Part shown: positions 13,008 to 25,901 of the stretch, one piece after another
Layout: each line of letters starts with the position of its first letter
Position numbering within the stretch: position 1 is the first letter of the stretch
Assembly (NCBI GenBank): GCA_002633005.1
Contig: NMRA01000613.1
Location: 183,855-247,854 of the forward strand
Direction of reading: 5' to 3'
Length of the DNA stretch: 64,000 nt
Source: Phoronis australis
Taxonomy: Eukaryota > Animalia > Phoronida
The notes under the pieces: model-generated
What the model saw: the letters and a program-made list of their open reading frames with translations, nothing else
Databases searched by the model: none
What the model was told of the DNA's origin: nothing
Translations under genes and position numbers: made by a program

Positions 13008-15682
13008 TTACCAAGAAAAGAAATCCTGGGCAAAGGCAGTCGTTGGTACTCTTGGTGTTATGGGAATATCTCCTATGTGTGGACGGTTTCGTTGGAACAC
13101 GTGTCCATTTACATTTCTTAGCAAAAAGGAACGAGGACCATCTGCCTGGGATAACACGATAGCTGGATCCCAGCTTCCAGACACGGGGTGCGGTACTCTT
13201 AACTCTCTGACCAGGGTACATAGTGAGTGTCGATCAAAATATTTCTTCTGGTTCTCTTGTCGGTGCTGCAGAGCACCATATTCTTGGTCCTTGTTTTGGT
13301 GGTCATTCGCCATTTTCGTAGCAATTGGACACTGAATTAATCTAACCATGAATAGCTGTGCTGGACTTGGCAAGTCGTTTGAGATTGGAGTGCAACGCCA
13401 GAGCAACAATGCAACTTCAGGGGTGGTGCCAGACTGCTTGGTCTTCTTAAAGAAAGCCTTTACATTCTTCATCTGGCGCTCTACAAAACCATTTCCCTGT
13501 GGTCTCCGAGGTGATGTTGTCTTATGGTTGAATCTAAACTCCACGACAAATTCACGATAGGTAGCACTGGAGAAATATGGCCCGAGCTCCGAGAAGACTT
13601 GGCGTGTGATGTTTACAACGACGCTGCTTGGTGAAGGAGTATGTACATGTAACTGTCGGTCTACAGGATACTTAGTGTAGTAGTCGACTATGATCACCCA
13701 CTGGGACTCGTGGAGCTCAAACAGGTCGGTACCTACGACAACCCATGGCTTTGTTGGAATGTCATGTTGCAGCAGTGACTCTGACATCTGGGACAGTTTA
13801 TGGTACTGGCATATGCTGCACGACTTGGTGAACCGGTCGATGTCTTTGTTTATGTTTGCCCAGTATACAGTGTCCTTAGCAAGGAGTTTGGTTTTCTCTT
13901 GTCCCAGGTGGGCAGTATGGAGTTTTCTCCGTATCTCTTCTTGCAGGGTCGGAGGAATGACGATCTCTTGCCCCATGAGGATAAGGTCGTTGTCTACCGA
14001 CAGTTGATCTCTTAGACCCCAGAACGCTCTCACGTCAGTTGGTAGCTACTTATAACCTTCTCTAGCCATCCCATGATGATGATATCTCTCAGCTGGTTGA
14101 GTAGAGGGTCAGCCTCAGTGCAGTTTATCAGTTCCTGTACGAGGTTCGTTGAGAAGCAAAGACGTCGGATCTCTTGTTGTAGGAGAGGTTGAAGTTGTAT
14201 CCCTGAAGTCGGATAAGCATCCGATGGAGACGCAGCTGGAGCTGAAGTGAGCGGTTTCTTGATGACCATCACGAGTGGTTTATGGTCGGTGATTACTTGG
14301 AAGGTGTGGCCGTACAAATATGTGTGAAATTTCTGGGTGCCAAACACGATTGCCAATAACTCACGCTCGATACATGCGTACCTGTATTCGGCTGATGTCA
14401 GGCTCTTGCTGGCATAGACAACAGGAACTAGAGTGCCAGTAGAGTCCGGTTGCAATAGAGCGGCGCCTATGCCTTGGAGGCTTGCGTCACAGCGCATGTA
14501 GATTGGGAGCTTTAGGTTGAGATACTGGAGAAGCAATGTCTCAGAGATTTCGCTCTTTAGGTCAGTGAAGGCTCTTTGGTGTGGTGTTTCCCACAGGAAC
14601 TCTGAGTCTTTGTGTAAAAGGTCACCCAAGATGGCAGTTTTGGAGCTGAAATCTTTGACGAAGGGCGACAGGTAAGTCACCACACCCAGGAATTGCTGCA
14701 GTTGCGTTTTGTCATGTGGTTCTGACATCTCATGCAGGTCGGGCTTCATTCCAGTATGAGTGTACACGTTTCCAAAGAAGGATACCTCTTGGCGTTTTCA
14801 GTCGCACATGCTCGAGTTAAGCGTAAGTCCCTCCTGGGTTGCGATCTCCATGAAGTGTCTAACATTTCGTTTTGCTCGTTCTCTTTTGACCCATAGATGA
14901 CGATGTCACCGGCGATTCCACATGCGCCTTTACATTTCTCGAGAATTCTATCCATTTCTAGTTGGAAAATGTCCTGGCTGACGTTGAGACCAAAAGGAAG
15001 CCGTTGGATAGAATACCTTCCAAATGGTGTTTGGAAAGTCGTCAGAGCTTTGCTTTCTTGGTCGAGCTACATTGTCCAATATCCTGACTTCGCGTCTACC
15101 TTCCAGAAAAATTTAGCTTCAGCGAAGCGATGTTTGAGTTCTTCTACCATTGGAATCTGGTGGTATGGTCGTATGAGGGATCTGTTTAGTGCTTGGGGGT
15201 CACGGTACACTCTTATTGTGTTGACTGGTTTGGTTACATATGTGAGCGAGCTCACCCAGTCTGTCGGCTCTTCGATACGACGAATGACCTGTTGTGATTC
15301 CATCTTGTCGAGTTCAGCTTTGATCGTCTCATGCACAGCGATTGGTTTTCTCGGTGGGTCTACAAGACATGGTACGTTAGGCTTAACCATGAGCTTGTGA
15401 GTTCTCTGGAATTTGCCAATGCGGTCAATCCTTTCCGGGTAGAGGTGGATCAAAACAGCGACGCTGTTAATCGGTTGTTGGGCTGACACAGCACAGTTCA
15501 GCGTTACGACGTTGAGTGCTTATAAGGTTGGCAGGCCTAGTATCGCTGGTCCAGTGACGTCGACTACGTACAATGTAGACCTCACTGTTGGTCCATGGGT
15601 AGTACCTGCATTTGCATTGGACGGTTGTGGTGCCATGACAGTCAATCGTCGTGCTGCTGTAGGAAGTTAGCAGGCCTCCTGG
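13008..15682 (-). pseudogene. Gypsy pol (protease C-part, RT, RNase H, integrase) with stops and frameshifts
   Basis: GPAILGLPT; EEPTDWVSSL; KVDAKSGYW; GIAGDIVIYG; CDASLQGIGAAL; IERELLAIVFG; HTAHLGQEKTK..CSIC; GTDLF..VDYYTKY; GNGFVERQ. Confidence 0.92.
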
Positions 15683-17845
15683 TGCATTTACTACGTAAGC
15701 CAACACTGCGTGTATTATCTTACACATATGGATTACATTTGCCTGCGCGAAAGTAGTTCACTTCTATCATTTTGCTCGGTAGACGGTGCTTTTGTAAACA
15801 TGGTGGCTCGCGATTTCTGGTTAAGGCAGTAGGCCTATCGCGTTTTTGAATCAATGTAAATGTTACTGAACAACTGTTGTAAATGCCGACTCAGATCCAT
15901 CTTCGAACCGGAATCTAACCTGGACCAGCCGTGTACGCCTGCACGCTGGTTCTTGCTTAAAAAGTGAGTTAAAAGGGGTCTGAATTGAAGATAAATTGCT
16001 GATTTTCGACACATCACTGTGACTGTGGCCGCATGGACTTCGACTTCAGCGTTCAGTCTTATCACACCTAACTACTTTGGAAACAAGTCGGATATAATGT
16101 TCCCTGGTTTTGAGAATGTTCTAATAACTTCAGTGCAGGTTCACTAGTTATACTTCACGGAATCAGGCTGTTAGTGTTAGCCAGATGGAACACACCAGTG
16201 ACAGCAAATGTCTAGACTTGACCAGGCGAATACACGTGTTGTTGGTCACTTTATACTTGGGAAAAATGGGAAACGAACAACAGGACAAAGACATGGTCAA
16301 AAAAGTTGATGAAAGTAACAATTGAATAACATTCCTATTATTCAGTGGATTAGATAGTGACCACTGTCTCTAGCTGGCGCCATTAGAGACAGTGAAGCTC
16401 CTCTGGAAGTTTCATACATTGATAGATTTTCGGTGACTTATGCCTCACACTGATTAAAACATCAAAGTCACGTTGTTTAAGTACCTCTTGCTCATAGAGG
16501 TACCCATTGATGTCTTTAATTTCTTCCAACTCAAACAAATACTCCTGTAATGTACCTTCAATCAGTCCTTTGTTCAGTTGCCCAAATCGTCAACTGACCA
16601 GTTTTACACTGCGCACCCACCTACTGTATGTTTACCGCGCTTGCCAGTGAGAGGTAAATTCGCCTTAAATCTTCCGACATATGTTACAATCAGTGGCTGA
16701 AACTTGTTATCCATGGCAGGGACCATTATATCCGAGCAGAGTCATATTTTGTAATTCTGTAACTATAGAATTTCTGCAAAAGGTTAATTAAACATATCTC
16801 CCATCTGCAGTACTGAAATTGATCAGCTTGATTAAAATTCTACAGCCGTAAGTCAACTCACTTGAACACAGATAATTCTAGGAGGCACATCAGTCATGCC
16901 AGTAAAAATTGAAAGCCTTTAATTGCTATTTATGTATATTTACTTTCAGATGGTGAACTGTAGTACTCCACTGAAAAAGGCAAAGTCAAAGACATGCATA
17001 TAATGTGGCAAACTGTTATACTCTGACTCTCACGCACACAAAGTTAAAAATGCTGCATTAAAGCAGAGGTGCGTGGATTTTTTTTGAACTCGTTTACATT
17101 CAATTCAACAATGATTTGCTGGACACTAGGCCTGTGTTTATTTGCAGCTCATGCATTCAGTTTTGTACAAAACTCACACAGCTGCAGAAATCAGCAAGAA
17201 TTGATGTCAGCATTCTCATTGCTCAGTCTGAAGATTGACAGAAACATGTACTAATTGATTCGCCATCTATTTCTAAGAAGCCAACAGGAGCAAAGAGATT
17301 GTTAAATTTTGAGTCCTTGTTAGTTGACCATGGGTATTCAGTGTCTGAAGATTATCAAATATCCAACCCTGTCCTGTCAAACGTGTCTAAAGACTCAACT
17401 GAGCAACTTGATCGGAAACTGTTGTTTAAAATCAGTACATCTTTGGATGATCTTTGCAAGACTTTAGTAAAAAGTGCGCTCAGACTTCCCATTCGTCGCG
17501 ATTCTACTCGGGGATTCCATTGACAGGGAATTCCCCGAGTATGCATGACAAGTTAGATAAGTCTTTATTTTGATACATAAACGAGTCGACAAATACGGAT
17601 TTTCTCATCTACAAGGATTATAATTACCATTTTAAAAAACTTAGTCCTAACTGCTACAAAACTCATTCAAATTACAACAATGGCGAAACGTTTTTCTGCG
17701 GTTTAGTTGGCGCGGATACGAACCGATATGATCTCTAAAGATCGAGCCTCATCACCCGTTTTTCGCGGTATTTTGTAAATGTGATGTGCCATATGTGAAA
17801 GACTAGTCGCCAACCGACTAGAGCGACGTCTTTCGTGAAAATGCA
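15683..17845. mobile_element. TIR DNA element (2163 bp) inserted in the Gypsy protease
   Basis: TGCATTT...AAATGCA termini; imperfect ~60-70-bp TIRs; 6-bp TSD TCCTGG at 15677-15682 and 17846-17851. Removing it rejoins the protease (LVPPGGLLTSYS). Confidence 0.75.
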
Positions 17846-18414
17846 TCCTGGTGGGACGAGTTATTCAGGAATTGGGTTTCCGGACTTGTAGGAATAAGCG
17901 TTAAGGCAACGTTTTTGCTTGTGCCCCGGTGTCTACGTACCTTCAGGTTGAAGTTGTGAGTTCGTGGATGGTCACTCAGCGTGATGTGTAGATCAACAAA
18001 TGCTTCGTCTCGGGGATTCTTCACACCAGCTTGATCTCTGTTGGAAATGTGGACAGTACTGAAAGTGAGGCCTCATGTTGTTCATGGCGTGGTCGTCGTG
18101 TTTATTGAGACCGTCGACTTTCTGTCCGGAACCAGCTTGTCTGTGCCGCGACTGGCTGCGACCCTTGAAGTGTGATATCTCTTGTCGTTTGTTAGTCTTG
18201 GGTTTCGCTGAGAAGCAGACGGTGGCCCAGTGGCCTACTTTGCCACACACACTGCAAGTGTCATTCTTCGCGGGTCGGAAGTCTCTGCAGAGGGTGTGGT
18301 CATAACTGCAGATTCGACACAGATTTTGTCTGTTCCTGTCACGCCCTCTATGTTGGTAACTGTTCCTGTTTACGGTAGCGACTTTTGGCTGGGGGCTCTG
18401 AATTAAGGGTGTGT
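17846..18414 (-). pseudogene. Gypsy gag zinc knuckle and protease active site
   Basis: CSVCGKVGHWATVC; NLKV/VDTGAQA with a 4-bp frameshifting duplication. Confidence 0.85.
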
Positions 18415-18735
18415 NACGAAGTTAACCTGGTCAGTACAGAATTATTGCAGTTATGTAATCATTACGGCACGTCTTTGGGAATTTAAATGTAGACGAACAT
18501 CCGGTGACCAACAGCAGTAAGAATGCACCCAATATTAATCCCCTGAGACACTGACCTGGTCTGTACAATGTAATCTATGGAACTCATGCAATTGTTAAAA
18601 AACGTAGTTATTGTGCAAGTTTCCTTTGTGTTGAGTTGTATTCGTAAGGCAGTTTCCACCGGAAGTCAACAGTTCGAATTTTATAACCGACAGTCATCTT
18701 CGAAGAAAAAGTCCTTTGTTGGCTAGCCCGCAACA

Positions 18736-21497
18736 ATGAAGTTTATATTACTACGAGCAGAGCCAGCAAGAAGACATTTCAGAAGTTTTGGAAGTCAGGT
18801 TAGTGCCAGAGAGCGTTCTAAAATTGATTGGCCACAATCGGTGCTGTGATTTCCAACGAACGACGTGTTAAGTTCAGTTGTTATTGTCAGCCACTCGCGA
18901 GTCACATTGTCACATACCGACATGAACTCATTCTGTATGTGAATTATCGAAACTTCTAACGCGTAATATACTTCTGGAGGTCCATTAGAGGAAGCCATAA
19001 CATTCACATAAGGCTATTACTCTATTATATTTCTGTCTTCTGAGGTTGTGTCAGTGTGATCAATGCAAGGGGGGGGAACTACCAAGGCAAAGTGTAATCA
19101 TTTCCCAAGTTGGGTATATTGGCATTAGTTGTGTGTGCTTATGTCTATGTTCGTAGTAATTCTTGGAAGCTCCTGATTTTGAAATCTCATATCACTACAG
19201 GTCAATAATTTGCAAGGTTCACTTGCCTCATCCACGCACTAATCCTAAAACATGGGGGGTGCTCAAATTTTTTAGCATGTTGACCTTTTACTAAAAAACG
19301 TGGTATGTTCAGAGCTGTGCACAGTGCATTCCTGAATTACAGCTTCATAGTGGACTCGTGTCTCGTTTTCACAATTTTTTTGTTTCTATGAGGCTGACCT
19401 TTTCATGCCCACTTCGGCAAGTGGGGGGGTGCTCGTTCGAGCCTCCCCTGGGTGTGTGCATGTGCCTGGTTCTCAAAATTAAGAATAACCAATGTAACTA
19501 TTGTATTGCCTATTTTGTCTGATTTGCTCAGGTTTGTCGGGAGGATCTAGGTTATTGAATGCGAAAGGACATCCAGATCCCACTAGTAGTACCCTATCTG
19601 GAATACCCCCCGGCATAGAATGTACCCAAGTAAACTCTCACCAGTCAACATGTTAACTATTGTGACGCACTGTGAAACTTGCATAATTCCTGTCTATTTG
19701 CACCAAATAATTCAATGCAAATAAGGAAAATCTGTGTGATTTGACTTTGGGATTGAGTATGTGCTTTCGAATTTTACCGGGTTGTGGAATACTAGAATGT
19801 TGCAAAAGTTTGCATATTCAGACTTAAAATTTTCACATTCAGTGCGAGTTCGACTGGTTTTATTGAAATCAAATATTTCAGTGTCATGGTGAAAGTGATA
19901 GTTAATCTGGGTACAACTTTACCTATTAGTTGAGTTGAGTTGAGTATGGACTGACTAGAATGATCTCCTCATGTCTGTAGGGGCATATTCTTTTCCCTCT
20001 AGAAATTTGCTTGGAACCTCAGTTTAATATCTTTGCAAATGTCAGCCAGTAAAGTGATTGGTAGGAGTACAGGATATACCGGTAGTATTTTTATGTTTAA
20101 ATACTGTAGTACAAGAGATAATTTTATTTTTACTGTAAACTATTATGGTTACGTTAGACTTCTTGTGAAGACCATGCCAGTATCTTCAATGGTGGATTCA
20201 GAGGACAGCTAAGGGGCCATGGCCCCGTCCCCCTAAAACGCTACAAGATCAGTTGGCAGTTGGAGGGGTAGGGGGTGAATGTCTGATGGGCAACACCCTA
20301 CTCTGCCCTAACCCCCCAACTCAAAATCCTGGACCCCCCACCACCGCCCCTGATCTTTACATGGATAACATTCCCTGTAAATGGGTTATGTCTGGATTCT
20401 TAAGAAGCTATCTCATACTGTTATGTTTGCTAATATCTCATTGTTTTCAGGTCCCTATTAACTTGGCTGAGTACTTGGAAGAACTAGACATCCAAACATT
20501 TGCATCGAAACAATCCCCCAGGGGTGGTATTGGGCTGTTTAAATCGACATGGCAGGTAAAGCTTCATATGTTTCATTGTTGAGTTAAAAATAGTGCTGCT
20601 ATCAGGGTTTGAATTTGAAACAATATGAAATGTGTCCTTGGTTTAGCCAATGGGCTTATAATCTTTAACAAGCTCACTGATTCTTGTAGTCATTTGGTCA
20701 AGTCAATGTAAAGCTTCTTGGTTTTGCTATAAGTTTCAAAAAGTACACGCGGAAGTATACAGGTGAGATTAAACTTTCAGTTCTAACCCTGATTGTGCCG
20801 GCTAAATGTCCATGAAGCATTAGTAAGAAGTTCTATGCTGGCTGGAGAGAGCTAGTTAGAATACAACTAGCTCTGCTCATTATGTAGAGTTGTGCCTTTT
20901 CTTATCAGATTAACGAATTAAACAATGAAAAGTTCATAAAAATAATGGGTAGTTTATTGCAGTTGCCAACAGTTTCATCATTTGATAAAAATATTAATTA
21001 ATTTGTCATAGAACTTGAACTAAAAAGTTACAGAATACGATACCTGGTTAGCCTGAAGGCCAGCTTTTATCAACACATTAAGTTTTGTCATATGCACGAT
21101 TTGTTCTAGATTGTGATAGCATGATAGGTGACCATGTGCATGTTTTGTATTCAAGTTGTATAGAATAAAATTGTTTTGAATGTCGCGAATCCAGGATTAA
21201 AACTTCATTCATTTCAAAACAGTATGTGGAAAACTGACCCACTGCAGTGCATGCTTGAAGTAAACTTGCAGACTAGTCTTGCACTTGAATCCTGGAGAGT
21301 GATTGGTTAAATTTTGAGTTTGAAGACTATTTTCTAGGCTCTGTATGTAAGTCAGGAAGTTTTACAAATCAGTGTTGTATAAACAGCACGATAAGTATCC
21401 AGCAAGTTAAGTTGTCTTATACTGATAGCTTTTACCCGTCTGTTATTAAATTTTTTTGTTTTTATTGCAGAGTGTGCCTTTAACAATCGTTGGATAA
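18736..21497 (+). CDS. Putative small orphan spliced gene (~100 aa); exons 18736-18798, (19201-19216), 19532-19629, 20451-20555, 21471-21497
   Basis: The last three exons have good GT-AG sites and join in frame (GLSGGSRLL...CTQ|VPINLAEYLEELDIQ...STWQ|SVPLTIVG*). Linking them to the ATG needs a 16-nt microexon with a weak donor. ETS-like CCGGAAGT at 18659. Confidence 0.45.
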
Positions 21498-21674
21498 GGA
21501 AGGCTACCCAGACAACGCAATGTACGCACTTACGAACTGCAGCTCATGAACCTATGAATTCAGTTATCTGAGCTCAGAAACGCGCGTTTGTAGTCACAAA
21601 ACATGGATTATTTGCCTGTGAAGCTAAGCGAGCAGATCCAGCTAAAGAAGATTAAGTGGCTCGTGGTCTACCAT

Positions 21675-22170
21675 AGGGCCCTTTCACATTAACTTAACTC
21701 TTGTCTGAGCAGAGCATCGGCGTACACTGCGAAGTTAACTGGACCGTTCATTCTGGCTTCGGTAGTTAATGAACTTCGAAGTAAACAGTAGGTGACGCTG
21801 TCGTGATCGAAGGTATCGCAAGGTAGCACTGCAGGCTAAGATGTGACAACTTGGGAACATTTACATGTGTTAATTGACATAAAACTTATTTGTAAATTGA
21901 TTGGTTATTATTATAGCAAGGTATAAGCAACTATTAGCCATCACACTACTATGCAATTGTTAATAACAGTGGCCCCTGGCAATAACTTTGATAGGACTGA
22001 AGTTGATCGTTTATACTGCGTGGCAGCGTTGAAGCTAAGCAATTAAATCCACCTGTTTAGTGCGAAGTTAACTGGCGCTGTTAACTTCCTTTCAGGACCA
22101 AAGTTTAAGCGTTCATACTGACATTAACTCCCAAAAACTTCGACGCGTCGATGTTAGTATGAAAGGCTCT
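21675..22170. mobile_element. MITE
   Basis: AGGGCCCTTTCACATTAAC...GTTAGTATGAAAGGCTCT inverted termini; internal GAAGTTAAC repeats. Confidence 0.65.
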
Positions 22171-23030
22171 ATATGTGTATGAAGTTCAGTAGCTTTAAAT
22201 TAAAGGAAAAAGAAATTTTTGTGGTCAAAGGTCTAAGTTTTCTAATTTCCATCTCGTATAACCAGGTTGTACTTAGGGTTACTTTTAGTGAAACTTGTTC
22301 GCACCATGGAGTGTATTGGATTTACTGTTATGATTGTCAGCAAAACAAAACTTTGACTTTTAAATTGACATTTTTAAGGTTGAAAACAATTATAGGTGAT
22401 TCTAGGCACTAATTCTAGCATAAGGATTGTACTTTCCAAAATCAGACCTGTGGCCATTGTCGATAAACTTTTAGTTACCTGTTACGTTTTATGTTATGCT
22501 TTTGCCTCAGCGGATATTCTTGGATTTTGCATATTAAGTGATTTGTTATTCTTGGTGTCATTGCTGTAATTTTAGTTGAAAAAGTTTGCTGTTGAAACGT
22601 TGACTTTTGTTGTAGTCCTTCCTGGCTATGTAATCACATTTTCTTTGGTTGTGTTTCATGATTTGGTAGTGATTTCTCTGTTTGTACATTCCATTTTGCT
22701 CCCTCAGTTATCGCATAATTGTCATAGACTGAGAACGATGCAAATAATGAATATATAATTAGCCTCATTTAGTTTTCAGTGCATTGTACGCATGACACTT
22801 GATGAACTGATTTTTGAAATGTTTCTGGTTTTTAAGATTTTGATATTTCACTTATGTTCACTTATTTTAAGGAACTAGTGTATTTTAGGAAGTGCATTTT
22901 ATTTTCTGCAATTAATCACTGTTAATGAAATGTTAATAGAAGTCTAGTTTGTTAAATCTTGATGAGAATCATTAAATTTGTTACTGTACTCCACTCTTGT
23001 TTTAGTGAAAGTCGAAATTTTTGAATGTCA

Positions 23031-23672
23031 NNNNNNNNNNNNNNNNNNNNNNNNNNNNNNNNNNNNNNNNNNNNNNNNNNNNNNNNNNNNNNNNNNNNNN
23101 NNNNNNNNNNNNNNNNNNNNNNNNNNNNNNNNNNNNNNNNNNNNNNNNNNNNNNNNNNNNNNNNNNNNNNNNNNNNNNNNNNNNNNNNNNNNNNNNNNNN
23201 NNNNNNNNNNNNNNNNNNNNNNNNNNNNNNNNNNNNNNNNNNNNNNNNNNNNNNNNNNNNNNNNNNNNNNNNNNNNNNNNNNNNNNNNNNNNNNNNNNNN
23301 NNNNNNNNNNNNNNNNNNNNNNNNNNNNNNNNNNNNNNNNNNNNNNNNNNNNNNNNNNNNNNNNNNNNNNNNNNNNNNNNNNNNNNNNNNNNNNNNNNNN
23401 NNNNNNNNNNNNNNNNNNNNNNNNNNNNNNNNNNNNNNNNNNNNNNNNNNNNNNNNNNNNNNNNNNNNNNNNNNNNNNNNNNNNNNNNNNNNNNNNNNNN
23501 NNNNNNNNNNNNNNNNNNNNNNNNNNNNNNNNNNNNNNNNNNNNNNNNNNNNNNNNNNNNNNNNNNNNNNNNNNNNNNNNNNNNNNNNNNNNNNNNNNNN
23601 NNNNNNNNNNNNNNNNNNNNNNNNNNNNNNNNNNNNNNNNNNNNNNNNNNNNNNNNNNNNNNNNNNNNNNNN
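23031..23672. other. Assembly gap
   Basis: Run of N. Confidence 1.
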
Positions 23673-23710
23673 CGGAGTCATCCATTTACTTAGAGGGAAT
23701 TTAATTATAC

Positions 23711-24400
23711 TTAAACCTTTCTGAGTAGACTGAACCAGGCGTTACTTGGATGTTTGCTTGGCTGACTGAAGACATTGCCTTGTACTTTCATGTACATGGC
23801 TTCCTTGATCTTTCTCTTGGTCCAACCTGTTTCACTGTCTAGTATTCGGATGTTATTCCACTGGACATTGTGTAGATTCGTCCACATGTGCTCTGCTACC
23901 CCTGATAAAGTATTACCCTCTCTACAACACCTTTTATATTCAGTAATTCTCATCTCCAGTGGTCTTAATATTTCACCGATATATGATTCATCACACTCAC
24001 ATGGGATTTCATAGATGACGTTTTCCTTTTTCCCATGCCAGTTCTTGGTTGGATTTTTGTCACTCGCCGACTCAGTATGAATGAGCTGTGGTATACTGTT
24101 CTTATTTTAAATTCTTTACGTATGCGTCCTAGCTTCTCGGTTATTCCGGGTATATACGGTAAACACATAGTCTGCAGTGGGCGTTCTTCTGCCACTTTCT
24201 CTTTTCTCTGCGGTGTTAAAGCCGACTCGATGAAATCCCTTGGGTAGCCATTTCTTTCGAATATCTCCGCCAGGTTGGTCATTTCTGCTTGGAGTGCTGT
24301 AGCACTGCAGATTTCTTTTGATCTTGATGTTATAATATTCCCTACTTTCAATGTGCGGAATTAAAACCCTGTGTGAGGGTTGGTTTACAGACTGATTCCT
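23711..24400 (-). mobile_element. Penelope-like retroelement relic (RT C-terminus plus GIY-YIG endonuclease)
   Basis: FERNGYPRDFI; CLPYIPGITEKL; VIYEIPCECDESYIGE; SGVAEH; KRKIKEAMY. Frameshifted. Confidence 0.9.
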
Positions 24401-25112
24401 ATTTGTATTTTGACGATAGTATTGATACCTCTAGCTGGCTGACTAACATAACGAGTGCAAATTTTAACAACTGTGCTGTGCCAGACTCTAATTTTTAGCG
24501 ACACCGCCTCAACATTGTAAGCTCCACAGTTTTAATCAATACAATCTTCGGTGTATTTATGCACCTTTGAAGTTTCGCTGCAAACATTAAAAACTGTCGT
24601 CTTACCTTCGTTATTCACTGTGTGCAAACACCACAACACCGGTCTGTATGGTGCACTTGATAGTAGGTGCATTCTCTTCAAGTGTCTGTTATGATCATTA
24701 TTAATCAGTGTGATTATTGTATTTGTATTTAAATGCGTCAGAACGTGCACGTGCGTTGATGGCTGCAACACGTGTTTAATGATTTGAGATATTTTAGGAA
24801 CTACATACTCGTGCACGATGGAAATTACGAACACTCTAATTGGAAACACGAACCCTAAGTTAGTAAAATAAGCGTAGCAGTTCCACCGATACCAATACTC
24901 AGCTCTTAAAGAGGCGTGAGACGCAAATACAAACTAAATTGTATTATTCAAAGTGGTTCCCTGCTACTAAAACAGAAGCCAAATTGCTCACCAGGTATTT
25001 TTTAGGGATTATTCGTACTGCTTTTGCTTTAGTTTCAAATCTCAAAAAGAGCAATTTTCCTCCACAAGGCGAATCACGTCTCCTTATTTGGCATGACAAG
25101 CCATAGACGCAA

Positions 25113-25286
25113 TACATATAGATTATTGCATGGCGAAGTCATTATCCCCCGTTATCTAGAGCCCGAGTGGATTTTGGAGAATTATAGCACGTGAGGCGTT
25201 AGCCCCGAGGGTGATAATTCTCCAAAATCCACGAGGGCTCTAGATGAGGGGGATAACGCCGGAGAACATGTAATAATCTATTTGTA
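25113..25286. repeat. ~170-bp foldback hairpin
   Basis: Arms include TCTAGAGCCC..GTGGATTTTGGAGAATTAT / ATAATTCTCCAAAATCCAC..GGGCTCTAGA. Confidence 0.85.
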
Positions 25287-25831
25287 CCACATACTGAACG
25301 AGAAACATTGCAATGAATCGATCTACCTCTCTCGACTCGCCTCGGCTTTGTAACTACTTTCTATGTCAGAGGCCCGGGGTCTGAGGTCGTGACCTTTTAA
25401 GAAAAGCCGAAATATTTTTGTCAAATAATGCTCCTACTCAAATCCAATTGAAAAATAAAACAAAATAGAAATAAAGTGAATCTATAAATTGAGGTTTAGC
25501 AACTGTTATAGCTTACTACACATTTTATCACGCTAAGCTTCCACCGGGAATATATCGTGTCTGCTAAAGTAGGTTACCACTAGTAACTGACTATAATGCT
25601 CAAGTCAAATGATCCCGACGACACGACACCTGTATTCAAATTGGAGATCGGTGATTTACAAGTGAGAGAACACGAGAGAAAAATTTCACTGAATTAAAAT
25701 ATCGTTTTTTAGGAAATTATGATTCTTATTTTTCATAGCGTACAAATGTCGGTACAATGCCCTTTGCTGAACATGCGGTTGTTGCACGTGCTCATTTAAG
25801 TACTCTATTTTCACGTTCGATGACGTCAGCC

Positions 25832-25901
25832 GCTGAGTGGTGAGGTGGTAAAGTCGGCGACTCGCAACTCTTTAGGCCCGGGTTCGAATCCGGCCTCGGT
25901 T
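25832..25901 (+). pseudogene. tRNA-derived sequence (SINE head or tRNA pseudogene)
   Basis: A-box TGGTGAGGTGG, B-box GGTTCGAATCC, acceptor-like GCTGAG/CTCGGT. The anticodon stem does not pair. Confidence 0.65.

Larger units (their letters stand above)
12840..18414 (-). mobile_element. Decayed Ty3/Gypsy LTR retrotransposon (Mag-like), 5' end lost at the contig join n18415
   Basis: Gag CCHC knuckle, protease, RT, RNase H and integrase in Gypsy order, followed by a PPT and 3' LTR. Confidence 0.9.

Noticed and set aside
19531-19620. Programmed frameshift or Sec read-through at TAT-TGA
   Set aside because: No antizyme-type context, and read-through meets a TAG soon after.
22978-23724. Long ORFs in the track (also 44436-44940)
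   Set aside because: Artefacts of N runs.
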